Source of the DNA: Octopus vulgaris
Taxonomy: Eukaryota
Assembly (NCBI GenBank): GCA_951406725.2
Contig: OX597829.1
Coordinates: 32,550,001 to 32,614,000 of the forward strand
Length of the DNA: 64,000 nt
Direction of reading: 5' to 3'
The notes under the pieces were generated by a model. It was not told the origin of the DNA. It searched no databases and saw only the letters and a list, made by a program, of their open reading frames with translations. Numbering within the stretch: position 1 is the first letter of the stretch; the number at the start of each line of letters is the position of its first letter. Shown here piece after piece: positions 15,435-28,540 of this stretch. A program made the position numbers and the translations under genes.

Positions 15435-15924
15435 CACGCGCGCGTTTCTATATATGTATGTGTGTGTATGTATTATATACACACTGCATCAACCTACCTC
15501 CTACCATTTTCAAAAACTATTTCAAGACGGTTTCACCACGGGTCTTGATAACAGGGAATAAGTCGGTTATCATTAATAAAGACTTAATAGAATTTTCTCT
15601 TTCTCTCCCTATATATGTGCTCGCGCGCGCGCGTGTGTGTGTGTGTGTGTGGTGTATGTATAAATACAATTATCACCATACGCGCTCACACACACGCTCA
15701 CATAAATGTGTATACGCATCATCAGTAACACACATGGGTATCTGTATATAAGCAGATATATGCATTTATGCACAGGTTCATATTACATATGTATGCCTGT
15801 TAGCCATTATATACGTACAAATATATATATATGTATATTGGTATACACATATTTATAATGTATATATGAATGCATATAGGTTTGAATATAAACATATACA
15901 TAATACATAATATATATACATATA

Positions 15925-16117
15925 TTCTTTTATTCTTTTACTTGTTTCAGTCGTTTTGACTGCGGCCATGCTGAAGCACCGCTTTTAGTCGAACAAATGG
16001 ACCCCAAGACTTATTCTTTGTAAACCTAGTATTTAATATATCGGTGACTTTGGCCGAACCGCTAAGTTACGGAGACGTAAACACACCAACACCGGTTGTC
16101 AAGCGATGGGGGGACAA

Positions 16118-16150
<33 letters not shown>

Positions 16151-16191
16151 CGACGGGCTTCTTTCAGTTTCCGTCAACCAAATCCACTCAC
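15925..16191 (-). mobile_element. SINE family B, 3' part, ending next to a MITE
   Basis: Reverse-complement homology to 8755-9040. Confidence 0.85.
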
Positions 16192-16208
16192 AACAGTATT
16201 TATATATA

Positions 16209-16418
16209 CTGTTGTGTCTGGGGAGTGTCATTCTTTTTGGTGCCTTATAATTTAACACTCACCGGTAAAATTTCCACTTAAAAAAATAAAGTAAATTTTT
16301 TTTAAATTTAAAACACTTAAAAAAATAATAATAATAAAAGAAATAAGTGGGAATTTTACCGGTAAGTGTGTTAAATTACAAGGCACCAAAAGAAAATTAC
16401 TCTCCCCAGACACAACAG
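16209..16418. mobile_element. MITE with ~70-bp terminal inverted repeats (Tc1/mariner-like)
   Basis: CTGTTGTGTCTGGGGAG...ACCGGTAAAATTTCCACTTA (16209-16280) versus TAAGTGGGAATTTTACCGGT...CTCCCCAGACACAACAG (16344-16418); left flank TA. Confidence 0.85.
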
Positions 16419-16740
16419 AATATGCTTCAACACACGAACTCACATAAAGAATCTTGCAAATCAAATCCCAAAACGAAAAATATATATATATATATATTTA
16501 TATTTATATTCATTATTCGTATACAAGAATATTATTGACAGTGACTTCGAGGTTTTGGCCAGCTAACCCATAGTCAAACAGCATTCTTGTCAACAGCATT
16601 CTTGTTTACAAATAATAAATTTACGCTTTACAGAAGTATAGACTAATCCAGCGATGAACGTAAAATTGCTTTTATTATAACTGAACATAAAAAACAAACT
16701 TTAATATATATATAGTTCGAATTTGCAGAAAGCAAATGAC

Positions 16741-16870
16741 GAAGACAGGTGAAGGAGCAAGAAGCAGGTGTATTAGTTTAATGATCAGCAAGAATGGAAA
16801 AGTCTTTAACGTTTCGAGTCTACGCCCTTCGACAGAAAGAATTAAGAGGAAGGAAAAGGGAGAGAGAAAA
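16741..16870 (-). mobile_element. Short dispersed element carrying a hammerhead-like motif (family G)
   Basis: Homologous to 18074-18210; minus strand reads TCTTT-CTGTCGA-AGGGCGTAGACTC-GAAAC-GTT-AAAGA. Confidence 0.6.
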
Positions 16871-17398
16871 ATGTTTAGGGGTTAGAGCGTTTGATCGCGA
16901 AATAGATACAGCCACAAATGTTGGAATGTAAATATTGATTCAAAAAATCGAATGAAAATCAAGCATTCGACTTTCTGTATGTTTGTGCGAGTGTCTGCTT
17001 ATGTAGATGCATGCGAGTGGGTGACCGTGCACATGTGGTGCGTGCGTGCTAACGTTCTTTCAGTGTTTGGATTATAATTTTCTTTTGAAATCTGTTTTGA
17101 TGTCATACTGTGTAGCAATATGTATAAATCCTTCAAATTTGATTCCAGATTTAGTATGGAGGAAGGAAAATGGGGTGTGGGTTTGGGGTGTGGAGTAAGG
17201 GAGTTAGTGTTTTGGACTGTTTCCAATAAACGATGTCTCGTAACATGTGATGTATTCGAGAATTTAAACGAAGTCGCATTGAGAAATCATCATTGTAAGT
17301 ACAGGAGAGAAACAAAATAAATATCTATGTCTCGATAAGACTTATGTGGAAGGTAGAGGAAAAAAAAATTTTATTGAAAAATTTTTACTCACACGCAG

Positions 17399-17433
<35 letters not shown>

Positions 17434-17554
17434 GAAACACACACATACACAGACACATTATTAGAGAAATAGAGGGGGAGCGCGTAAGAGATATACGTAT
17501 TAAATACATACATTTATAGCTGTTATGTACATTTGTGCGTATATATGTATATAT

Positions 17555-17778
17555 ATTTCTTTACTGCCCACAAGGCGCTGAGCACAGAGGGGACAAACAA
17601 GGACAGACAAAGAGATTAAGTCGATTACATCGACTCCAGTGCGAAACTGGTACTTTATTTATCGACCCCGAAAGGATGAAAGGCAAAGTGGACCTCGGCG
17701 GAATTTGAACTCTGAACGTAACGATAGACGAAATACCACTAAGCATTTCGCCCGGCGTGCTAACGTTTCTGCCAGCTC
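17555..17778 (-). mobile_element. SINE family C (well-preserved copy)
   Basis: Minus strand: GAGCTGGCAGAAACGTTAGC...GAGTTCAAATTCC (B box)...CCTTTCATCCTTTCGGGGTCGATAAA...GTGGGCAGTAAAGAAAT; more than ten related copies in the window. Confidence 0.85.
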
Positions 17779-18073
17779 TATGCATGTATCGCTTCTTTAA
17801 GTGACTTTAATGATTTGCTGACCCGAAGGTCCCATGGCGTCCAGACGCTTCTTGAGACAAGTCAGGCAAGGTGCAATGTAAGTAGGGAGCCACTGAACTC
17901 ACCTAAACGAACTTCAGCATCTTACATTTACTTTGAGGATTCCTGTTAGTATTCAACTGTTTGTAAGTATGATTGTACATTAAAACAGACCACACACACA
18001 CACCCATCATACACACACACTTACACACAGCACATACACACACATGGTTCATAATCATACAAAAAAAAAAGCC

Positions 18074-18210
18074 GAGACAGGTGAGGGGACAACGAACCAG
18101 GTGTGTTAGCTCGATACTCCAGAAAATGGAAGAAGGCTTTGATATTTTGAGCCTACGCACTTCTACAGAAAGGAATGGGGAAGAGAAAACAGAGGGAGAG
18201 AGGAGAAAAA
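18074..18210 (-). mobile_element. Family G element, second more decayed copy
   Basis: Minus strand CTTT-CTGTAGA-AGTGCGTAGGCTC-AAAATATC-AAAG; flanks align with 16741-16870. Confidence 0.55.
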
Positions 18211-18799
18211 AGAGAACAAAGGATTCTGTAAGTTTGTACGAGTGTCTCAAGTATGTATGTGTTTATGTATGTATGTATGTATGTATGTATGTATGTATGT
18301 ATGTATGTATGTATGTATGTATGTATGTATGTATGTATGCGGAAATATAAACATATATCACAAAAATTCGTAGCTTATTCCTCATCAGTCAACATCTAAA
18401 AGATCATTACAATTTCGCGCCTCTATATTTATATTCGGTCATATAGGGATAGTGATGCAAATAAATATGTTTGGACTTGATATAGGAAATATACATACAT
18501 TCACGCATGAATGCATGCATACATGCCTACATACGTACATACACACATACATACATACATACATACATACATACATACATACATACATACATACATACAT
18601 ACATACATACATACATACATACATACACATGTAAATATACATAGGAATATATAAAGAGAGAAGCAAAAGCTGAAAATATTCCGAAGATAAGCATTCGTGT
18701 ATAAGCATATATATATTTACAGAACAAATTCACATGGTGTACAAAAAATGCAGCTCTCAATAAACAATTCAGAATGTAAGTTCAAACCATTTGAGTATG

Positions 18800-19665
18800 A
18801 CTACGTGTTTTCTATACTGAGCATCTCTAGATCTCACTTGTTGGCTCTATAAGCATTGGGTCCTGTCAGAAGCAACTGTCTCCAATTGATCTGGTTGGAT
18901 CCCCAAGCGAAACTAACCAAGTTAAAAGATGTTATCCAAACATCTTGTTCGGGGTCTACTCCTGGGTCTCCTGCCGTAGGATCCGTGATCCTTTAATTCG
19001 GAGGAGTTGCTCTGTCTAAACCACCTTTCTGATCTCTGAGCTACGTACTTTATCAGGTAACGTTACTCGAAAGACCCTTCGGAGTAACTTCATTTCTGCC
19101 GCTTGCATTTGCGATCGTATGCTTTCGGTCATTACCCAAGAGTCATGATCATAGGTAAAGGTAGGCATGAATACCGAATTGAAGATAGCAAGTTTGGCTT
19201 TTACACCTGCCTTCCTTCTGATGACGGAATTCTGAAGCTGGTGCATTACTGCACTAGCTTTTCTTGCAATAAATCTAGCCCTCTGCTTTTCATCATTCGT
19301 GAAAATAACCCCGAACTTCTCCACCAGCTTCACTGGAGCTTCACTTACATGTAGAGTGAATTGTGCAGGATTCTTTGAGAAGACGAGCGTTTCAATCTTC
19401 GCAGCAAGGACTTTCATTCCTGCCGAGTAGCACTCGGCCGTAAATCCATCAAGTGAGTGCCGTGCCTGGTGAAGATACACTAACAGAGGTTCCACTTCCT
19501 ACGAACAGAAGCACTGCAGGGGCACAAAGAAAACACGAACCACGAAAGTCCAGAGCCAACTCCTTACCTTCAGCAAGCATCGGACGGATCGGCCACAAGT
19601 GGACGCACCATTTCCCGTCTTCTTTTCCTATCTGATGTTCTCGATCATCGTCGACACCGACGGAC
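18800..19665 (-). mobile_element. RTE-clade LINE relic (RT C-terminal region; probably internally deleted)
   Basis: ORF 19016-19495: ECYSAGMKV...KLVEKFGVIFTND...KAKLAIFNSVFMPTFTYDHDSWVMT...QAAEMKLLRRV...DKVRSSEIR matches the RTE/Expander thumb-domain pattern. Confidence 0.85.
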
Positions 19666-20366
19666 AAATTAATATACTATAAAATGAATGAGTATGTATG
19701 TGTGCGTGTGTGCGTGTGTATGTGTATGTGATTTACTTGCAAAATTTTCGTTTTGAGCTATTTTCTAGCACAATGCCCTTAAAAAAGAATGAGCTGCTCT
19801 TTATGAAATTTATCTGTTAACTCTGTGCTGCGCTGTATTACCAAGTTAGCAGATATATAACATTTTAGTGATGTAATGAAAAAGTAATTCAATTCGGTGG
19901 AGTGTACAACAAAAGGTGGCTTTTATTCATACTCAACGGAAATGATTACTTCTGTGGTTTAGAAATGTAAACCTTTACCTCAAAGTTTGACTTTTATGCA
20001 GCTTTGTTTACATGAAGGTAATGGCAGGGTTGAGAGAGAGAAAGAGAGAGAGAGGAGGGGAATAGGAACACAGATACTAAATTGCATAAACATGTGTACA
20101 CAAAAATCCGAATACGTGCTTTTACATACATACACGTATACACACAAATATAAATACATATTCACATATATACAATGAATATTATTTGTGTGAGTGCGTG
20201 TACGCGCGCACGTGTGTGTGTGCGTACATGCTTTTATGAGTATCTTCATCTTTTGTTTTACTTGTTTCAGTCAAATCGACTTTACTACCTCATTTGATTT
20301 TAAAGTTTGGTACTTAGTATATCTGTATGTTTGGTCGAACCGCTAAGATCCGGAGAACTCAATTGT

Positions 20367-20590
20367 CAAGCTGGCCCTTTGAAATACACAGGTACAACAG
20401 AATTACAAAGAAAGAGTGAGAGAAAGTTGTGGTAAAAGAGTACAACAGAATTTGCCCCACCCCCGCCGAGGCTCGTGGAGCTTTAGGGGTTTCTCTCAAT
20501 AAACACACACAACGCTTTGTCTGGGAATCGAAACCACGATCCTTTGACTGCGATTCAGCTGCTCTAACCACTGGACCATTGCGCCTCCAC
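20367..20590 (-). mobile_element. SINE family A, 5' half
   Basis: Reverse complement of 520-750, including the tRNA-like head. Confidence 0.85.
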
Positions 20591-20641
20591 ACACACACAG
20601 ACTTACTTCGAAATGGATGCGTGGCGTTCAATTAAATAATA

Positions 20642-20706
<65 letters not shown>

Positions 20707-20714
20707 TATATGAG

Positions 20715-21115
20715 TACAGGACGTCACCAACTGTATAAACAGCACGAAATACAAAAGCAAACGAGTTAAATACGCAAACAACGAGAGAAAAAATGGAAAA
20801 CAGATCAAGTAAACACAGAGAACGATCCTTCATCAGTTGTCGGCTATCTATCTACTCCTCATTTCGAGCATTCAATGACATTATGAGTGTTCGAAGACAG
20901 TTGCTCCCATAAATTCCAAAATAAAATTTAGGATTTATAGTGGGTCAAAGTTGGGAACAAAAACAGGACAAATGAGACGTACAAGGAAAGCGAACGGAAA
21001 CAACATGGAGGTTAGTTAGACCAGAACGAGAGGAAAATAGTGAACGCTGGGAGAAATATTTTCATTGAAAAGAGAAAAGATAGAAGAGAGAGAATGAAAA
21101 GTTCAGTCCACAGAA
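20715..21115 (-). mobile_element. Family H dispersed repeat
   Basis: Reverse-complement homology to 7960-8500. Confidence 0.6.
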
Positions 21116-21522
21116 CGTGTTCGTGCGCGTGTTCGTGTCTACGGATGTGCGTGTGTACGTGTGCCAGGTACGTATTTCTGTGCGCGTGTAAGTGCTTTGG
21201 GATGGGCAACTAGTAAGAGAAGTACAAGTAGTACATCGAACAGCAGTGAACCTGATCTATACCTCCAGAGCACCAAAGATACATTCATATCAATATACGG
21301 GTCTTCAGTTTCTTTATTACTTTATTTATTTATCTCAGCACCTTTTTTCTTTCTGCTGGAATGTCCAACAGATGGCGTAGTAAAAGATTTCAAACCATTA
21401 ATTACTAAAATCAACATCTTGGTGAGGGGCGGTGCGTACCGTACGCACGTGAGTCTATGTATGCATACGTACATTTCTGTGTGTGTATGAGGGGGTTCCC
21501 GTGTGCATATAACACCTTCAAC

Positions 21523-21724
21523 CTTTTATCTCTTATTTGTTTTAGTCGCTGAAGTGCGGCCATGCTGGGACACTGCTTTGAAGGATTTCGTAGAACAAAT
21601 TGATACAGTATTTCTTTTAAAACCTGGCACTTACTCTATTGGTGTCTTTTGTCGCTAGGATAGTGGATGTACGTAAGACAAAGACAAACACACACATGCA
21701 CATATACACACAAACGTATACATC

Positions 21725-21762
<38 letters not shown>

Positions 21763-21786
21763 CATACAGACACACATACATACATA

Positions 21787-21839
<53 letters not shown>

Positions 21840-22130
21840 ATACATATATATACATATATATACATATATATATATACATATACATGTATATACATATATA
21901 TACATACATATATATATATATACATATATGTATATATATATATATACATATATGCATACATATGTATGTATATATATATATGTACATACATATATATATA
22001 TACATATATATATATGTACATACATATATATATATACATATATATATATGTACATACATATATATATACATATATATATGTACATACATATATATATGTA
22101 CATACATATATATATACATATATATATGTG

Positions 22131-22183
<53 letters not shown>

Positions 22184-22243
22184 GTACATACATATATACA
22201 TATATATATAAATACATATATATATACAGATATATATACATAT

Positions 22244-22281
<38 letters not shown>

Positions 22282-22286
22282 CATGC

Positions 22287-22329
<43 letters not shown>

Positions 22330-22487
22330 CACACACATACGATGGGATTCTTTCAGTTTCCATCTCCCCAATCCACTCGACCCGAAGTTATAGAAGAAGG
22401 TACTTGCCTAAGGTGTTACGCAGTGGGACTGAACCCGGAACCATATGATTGGTAAGCAAACTACTTACCACACAGCCATTCCTGCGG

Positions 22488-22489
<2 letters not shown>
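21523..22489 (-). mobile_element. SINE family B with internal microsatellite expanded to ~650 bp
   Basis: 3' half at 21523-21690 and 5' half at 22338-22489 are colinear on the minus strand, separated by (TA)n/(TACA)n at the family's internal tract position. Confidence 0.8.
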
Positions 22490-22564
<75 letters not shown>

Positions 22565-22691
22565 TGTATGTATGTATGTATGTATGTATGTATGTATTGG
22601 GAAAGTAAGAAAGAAAGAGAGCCGGAGGGAGGGAGAGAATCTACTGTTCCATTAATGTAATATAAGAAATGTATTCCATCCAGTGACAGAT

Positions 22692-22929
22692 AAATATCAT
22701 TAAATGTACATCATATGAAGTCAAAAACTACTAATAGTTTCTTGCTGAGAGGACACGTGGCTAGGTAGATTTTTATAACATGCCTTGTATCGCCAAACAA
22801 TTTTTTAGGCTCTGAGCATCTCCTGAAGATTGTTTGGAGACAGAAAACACGTTATAAAAACCTGTCTAGCCACATGTCTCACAACAAGAGACTATGGGTA
22901 GCTCGTCTTCATATTATCTACATCAAATG

Positions 22930-22935
<6 letters not shown>
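22692..22935. mobile_element. Palindromic (fold-back) MITE-like element
   Basis: Left arm ATATCATTAAATGTAC...GTGGCTAGGTAGATTTTTATAAC...CCAAACAAT matches the reverse complement of the right arm over ~115 bp; short central spacer. Confidence 0.8.
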
Positions 22936-22962
<27 letters not shown>

Positions 22963-23788
22963 TGTATGTATGTATGTATGTATGTATGCATGCATATATT
23001 TATGTATGTATTGCAATAGAGCACAATTTATTTTTCCTCTTTCCTATGAAATAAGTACCAGTAACATGCTAGGATAAATTTGAGTGGATAAAAGATCGTG
23101 ACACGTTCGCGTGTGCTTCAAGCTTAAACTTCAGTCAAGCTCTGGAATCTGATTTATAGTGTTGATGCCTTCGGTTTTCTATTTTCTTTCGCCTAACACA
23201 CTTATACACACATACATATAACCTCCTCTTAAACTCCCACTCTCTTTCTTTCTTTTCTATTTTTCCCTTTGTTTTTTTTTTCTCTCTCTCCTCTTTTCCT
23301 TTCTCTTTCTCTCTTTTCTCCCTCTCACATACATACCTAAAGAGACTCGTATTCTTACCGCTAACATTTCATAGAGAAATTTTAGATTCGAATGATCGTC
23401 ATGAACTTTGCAGGACACAGTTGTAATGATATGCGAAGTAAGAGTCACAGAGAAAAAAAGTTTATTTGACAAATAGATATCAATAACAAACAACCTTAGA
23501 AAGGAATTCTGGATTTATGCATGAGCACGTTCAAATCCTTCGAGATATTTTAGAGCAGGTTTGTATGTTCAGAGACAACATCAAAAAGCAATTGAAAAAA
23601 GACACCAAAACCGTCTAACAATTATCTACGACGATAGTAGTGATCGTGATGTTGGTGGTAATGGTGGGGATGGTTCTGCTGTTTCTGCTGCAGTTGCTAT
23701 ACTAACAGACATACTTTGTCAAGACATATTGGAGTACTACTGGCGTATCTGGTGCAGCATTTCTGCACACACACACATACATACACAA

Positions 23789-23819
<31 letters not shown>

Positions 23820-24122
23820 CTCGCACATACACATTCGCACACACTCGCGTGCACATACACATTACAAAGCATGTCCTTATAACAAGGTTCCTTCTGTAGG
23901 GCCCAGACTATCAGTTTGCTGACAATTACTACGATGCTCCCGTGTGGCCTATATTAAAGTTCGCTCGATTTGTTATCTGAAGAAAGGTGACATTAAACTC
24001 AGAGAAATGAGCTTTTCAATTCGAATTTATATTCTATAACGCTCTACTGTATGTATTGAGCCCAGTCATTTATCACTTTTGGTGAATATATGTATACACA
24101 CACACTCACAAATACACACATG

Positions 24123-24191
<69 letters not shown>

Positions 24192-24260
24192 CTATCTATT
24201 TAGTTATCACTATCTATCTATCTAGCTATCTAGCTATCAAGTTAACTCTCTTTCTTTCTT

Positions 24261-24303
<43 letters not shown>

Positions 24304-24312
24304 GTCTGTCTG

Positions 24313-24345
<33 letters not shown>

Positions 24346-24964
24346 AGCTCTTCCTCTGTCTGTAAACATAAATTCACCAATACATTACAACTAAACATGC
24401 CTATAGTCTATTCTGCTTGTCTTTTCATTTACACCAACGGACTCTGTCTTTCAAACCCATTGCAAACTCTTCTTCAAACAAACCCATTCCATGCACTTGT
24501 CTCACTCTTCTTCTTGTTATTCCTGCTTTGTACCTTAGTTTAAAGAAGCACTTTATCGAGTTATCTTTCCGATGCTACTTGACCCCATAAAAATAAATAA
24601 ATAAATAAAACCCCTAAACCTCAGCAAACAAAGCTCTTCTTTTGTTTTTGATTTTACTTTCCCCCCCCCCCCCTCATCGGTTCCACCACCAGCACCACCA
24701 CCAGCACCACCACCAATAACAACAAGGTTTTTCTTTTCTCTTCCCCTTTCACTCTCGCAAATATTCACGCAATGTTGTGCTCCCATATTTCATGTGAAAA
24801 CAAGACTTATTACCACGGCTCATCTTACACGAGTGCACCATGCCTACCATACTTTCAAGTATCTTAACCACCATCATCACCACTATTGTCACTTGCCCAC
24901 CGCTATCAACTATAACCACCCACCACCACCAACAACAACAACACCATCACTGCTGCTGCTGCTT

Positions 24965-25014
<50 letters not shown>

Positions 25015-25250
25015 GCTACTGCTACTGCACCTGCCACCGTTGCTGCAATTGCCACCACCACCACCACCACCATCGTCATCATCGTCGACAACAACACCAA
25101 CAGAAAGATTAACCACAATCAAAAGATCTGAAGTATGTTGTTATATAGATATAGCAGCGGTATTAGAGGCGGTGGTGCTTGTTATTAAGGTGTGTACATG
25201 TTAAGTAGTGATAATTGTAGTAGTGATAGTAGTAGTAGTGGCGGTGATGG

Positions 25251-25284
<34 letters not shown>

Positions 25285-25514
25285 AGGGGTGGCGGCTGTG
25301 ATTAGATGTGCACGTGTAATATAGCGGTGATGCTGGGGGTGGAATGGAGGGTGGGGGAAGAATGTCAACAGCAGTAAGTATTAAATAATAGTTTGAGGTC
25401 CATGAAAAATGAAACAAAAGCTCTATAGACATATTTGGTTTGGCAAATGGGAGGTGTAGAGTTGGGCGTAAATGTATCGTTGTTGTTATTCTTCTTCTTC
25501 CTCCTCTTATTATT

Positions 25515-25644
25515 AATACTGAGTTCAAATGTCATCGCGATCGACATTGCCTTCCATCCTTTCGGGAGTCTATAAAATAAATACCAGTTGAGTACTGGGG
25601 CCCAATATAATCGAAAACACCCTCCCACAAAATTTGAAATAATG

Positions 25645-25702
<58 letters not shown>

Positions 25703-25820
25703 CCATACAATAACCATCAGAGCATCACAACAAATCACAGCACATACCCAAGGCACACAGAGCTGCGCTCGGTAGTGAAGTGAAAGCACGCTATAAAAAT
25801 AAAACTACTGAATAATGATA

Positions 25821-25851
<31 letters not shown>

Positions 25852-27070
25852 AAAGCAGGGTAAACTGCTTGCAGGCATTTCGTCCGTCTTTACGTTCTGA
25901 GTTGAAATTCCGCTGCCATCGACTTTGCCTTTTATCCTTTCAGTACCAATTTATCTCTTCTACTTAAAATGCTGGCCTTTGGGCCAGTCTCAGAAGCCCA
26001 TATTAAAGGCGACAGAGTGTCCGAAAAATAAGGCGGTACAGATAAAATGTCTGGTAGTATTCACTTCTGGCTCTTACATTCTTAGTTCAAATCCCGCCAA
26101 CGTCAACTTTACTTTTCCTCCTTTCAAGAGCCTATAAAATAAAGTGCGAATTACATACTAAGATTGACATTGCTGACAAACCGCCTCTCCCTAAAATTGA
26201 GGACCTAAATTATAGCTTTTAAATTTTGGCACAAGCCCTGAAATTTTGGGGGTGGGGACTACTCAATTACATCGACATTCAGTGCTCAACTGGTACCTAT
26301 TTTATCAACATCGATAGGATGAAAGGCAAAGTTCACCTCGGCGGAATTTGAACGCAGAACGTAAAGACGGATGTTGGCTCTAAATTATTGCTTAAAGTGA
26401 GATTTCGAGAATCATTATAACGTCGGAAAAAAAAAAATGCCCTGGGTGTATTTTATTTTCCAGTTCTTTACATTCTGAGTTCAAATTCCACCGAAGTGAA
26501 GACTGTTTTTCCTTTCGTTTTTAAAAGTATAAATAATGGTTCAGTACTGATTGGTTTTTCCCTTTCGGACCCAACAAGATTCGACTTCAAAATGTAAATG
26601 GCTGTAACTACATATCGCAAAGCATTCTGTCGTTCCTGCAATAAACATACAACACCAGTACCAATAATAATAATTCTTTTTAATTTTGGCACAAAGCCAC
26701 CAATTTTGAGGGGAGTAGATCGGCCCCAGTACTTGATTGGTGCTTATTTTATCGACCTCCAAAGAAAGACAAAAAAAGCAAAACTGACCACAGTAGAATT
26801 TGAACTCAGAACGTAAGGAATAGGAAGAAATACCGAAAAGCACTTTGCCCGGCGCAGTACCGATTCTGCTTGCCCACCGCCTTAACAACAATAATAATAA
26901 TCCATTTCGCTATAAGCACAAGGTCTGAAATTTTGGTGGAGGAGGCTAGTTGTCTACATCAACCCCAGCGCTCAACTGGTACTTATTTCATCGACTCCGA
27001 AAGTATAAAAGGCAAAGTTGACCTCTGTGGCATTTGAAATCAGAAGTTAAAGACGGACGAAATGCCGCTA
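25515..27070. mobile_element. Cluster of about 7 SINE family C copies in mixed orientation
   Basis: Plus copies near 25517, 25855, 26025, 26440; minus copies near 26218-26370, 26680-26885, 26900-27070. Confidence 0.75.
25697..25810 (+). mobile_element. 5'-truncated 3' end of the Dong/R4-like LINE inside (AAT)n
   Basis: CACAGCACATACCCAAGGCACACAGAGCTGCGCTCGG...AAAATAAAACTACTG matches 51130-51243; (AAT)n on both sides. Confidence 0.85.
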
Positions 27071-27083
27071 ATAATTATTATTT

Positions 27084-27310
27084 AGGGATCTTTTGAGTGG
27101 GATGAGATACACGATCTGAAGAAAATTCTAACTGGGTCCCACCTGCAAGGTCATGCGCTGTTTATCTTGATATGAGATCACCATGTCGCAACCATATGGT
27201 TGTGATGCATGTGCCTGGTGTACCCTTATCAGACGGGTAGTCATGATGGGTATACTGTGCTTTGTAGAGTTGTTCCCCAGTATCACTTTGATGGCATGCG
27301 GTGCTCTCTC
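27084..27310 (+). mobile_element. Probable 3' end of another non-LTR element with an (AAT)n tail
   Basis: Complex, more GC-rich block abutting (AAT)n; no ORF motif; family not identified. Confidence 0.3.
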
Positions 27311-27343
<33 letters not shown>

Positions 27344-27687
27344 AATATTAATAATAATAATAATATCTTACATATGAATAAGCAATACATGTATGTGTGC
27401 GTAGGTGTAAACACACACATACAGACATACTGACACACACACACACACGCATTCACACACATATCAACTGAGAATGAGTACTAGCCGATTGCTATAGCAC
27501 CCCTCTCTCCCTTTAGTTGTCGCATCCTCGATATTTCATTGGAGCAAAAGTGAGAGAACGAAGTGGATGTCTATACCGTCTCACGATCAGACATGCACCT
27601 AAAACAATTACTAAAAGCATGGTACCACTTGCAATTCATACCCACAAGCAACATGCTTCTATTGCAGATGTGTGTGTGCGCGCGCGC

Positions 27688-27720
<33 letters not shown>

Positions 27721-28354
27721 CACGCACGATGACATGAAACTCTGAGTAACGTCAAATTAACGTATAGATTATATATAGAAACATTTATATATGTATATAT
27801 ATCTATGTGTGTATATATAGAAAGAAAGAATTATACATTCGTGGACTTTTGTTTGGATGTCTTACCCATCATGTGTATGCGCGTGAGAAAGAGGGATAAA
27901 GAGAAAGAGAAAGAAGGAGAGTGTCTGTGTGCGCGTGTGTGTACGTGCAGTGCATGCGTTTGTGTATGGCAGTGTACGTATTTTTAGAATCTTTGTAATA
28001 AGAGACACACTGGTAAAGAAACAAGAAACAAGAATAAAATGTAAATAAATATTATTCAAAAGAAAGAAAAAAAAAACGTCAACACAAAGCAAACAAAACA
28101 GAAGAAAACAATAGAACACAATGCGAAAATCAAAAAAAAATCAAAAAAAAAAAGTAAGGTCTTGAAAGAAAAGAAAAAGTAGGTTAAATAGGGAACAGAA
28201 TAAGAGGCGAAACTGATGTGGTGCGCCTGTCATGGTTGTTCCTTTGCAATCTTCATTCTTCACATAATTATAAATGTGCAACGTTGATATATGTAGGACC
28301 TCTTCTATTTCAACGTAATGGTAACGGCGGTGCTACAGCTGCTACTGCTGTCGT

Positions 28355-28540
<186 letters not shown>

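Noticed and set aside
19218-19240. CTGATGA as a hammerhead core (also at 46202 and 18383 minus)
   Set aside because: No correctly placed GAAA or pairing stems; the first two lie inside transposon coding relics.
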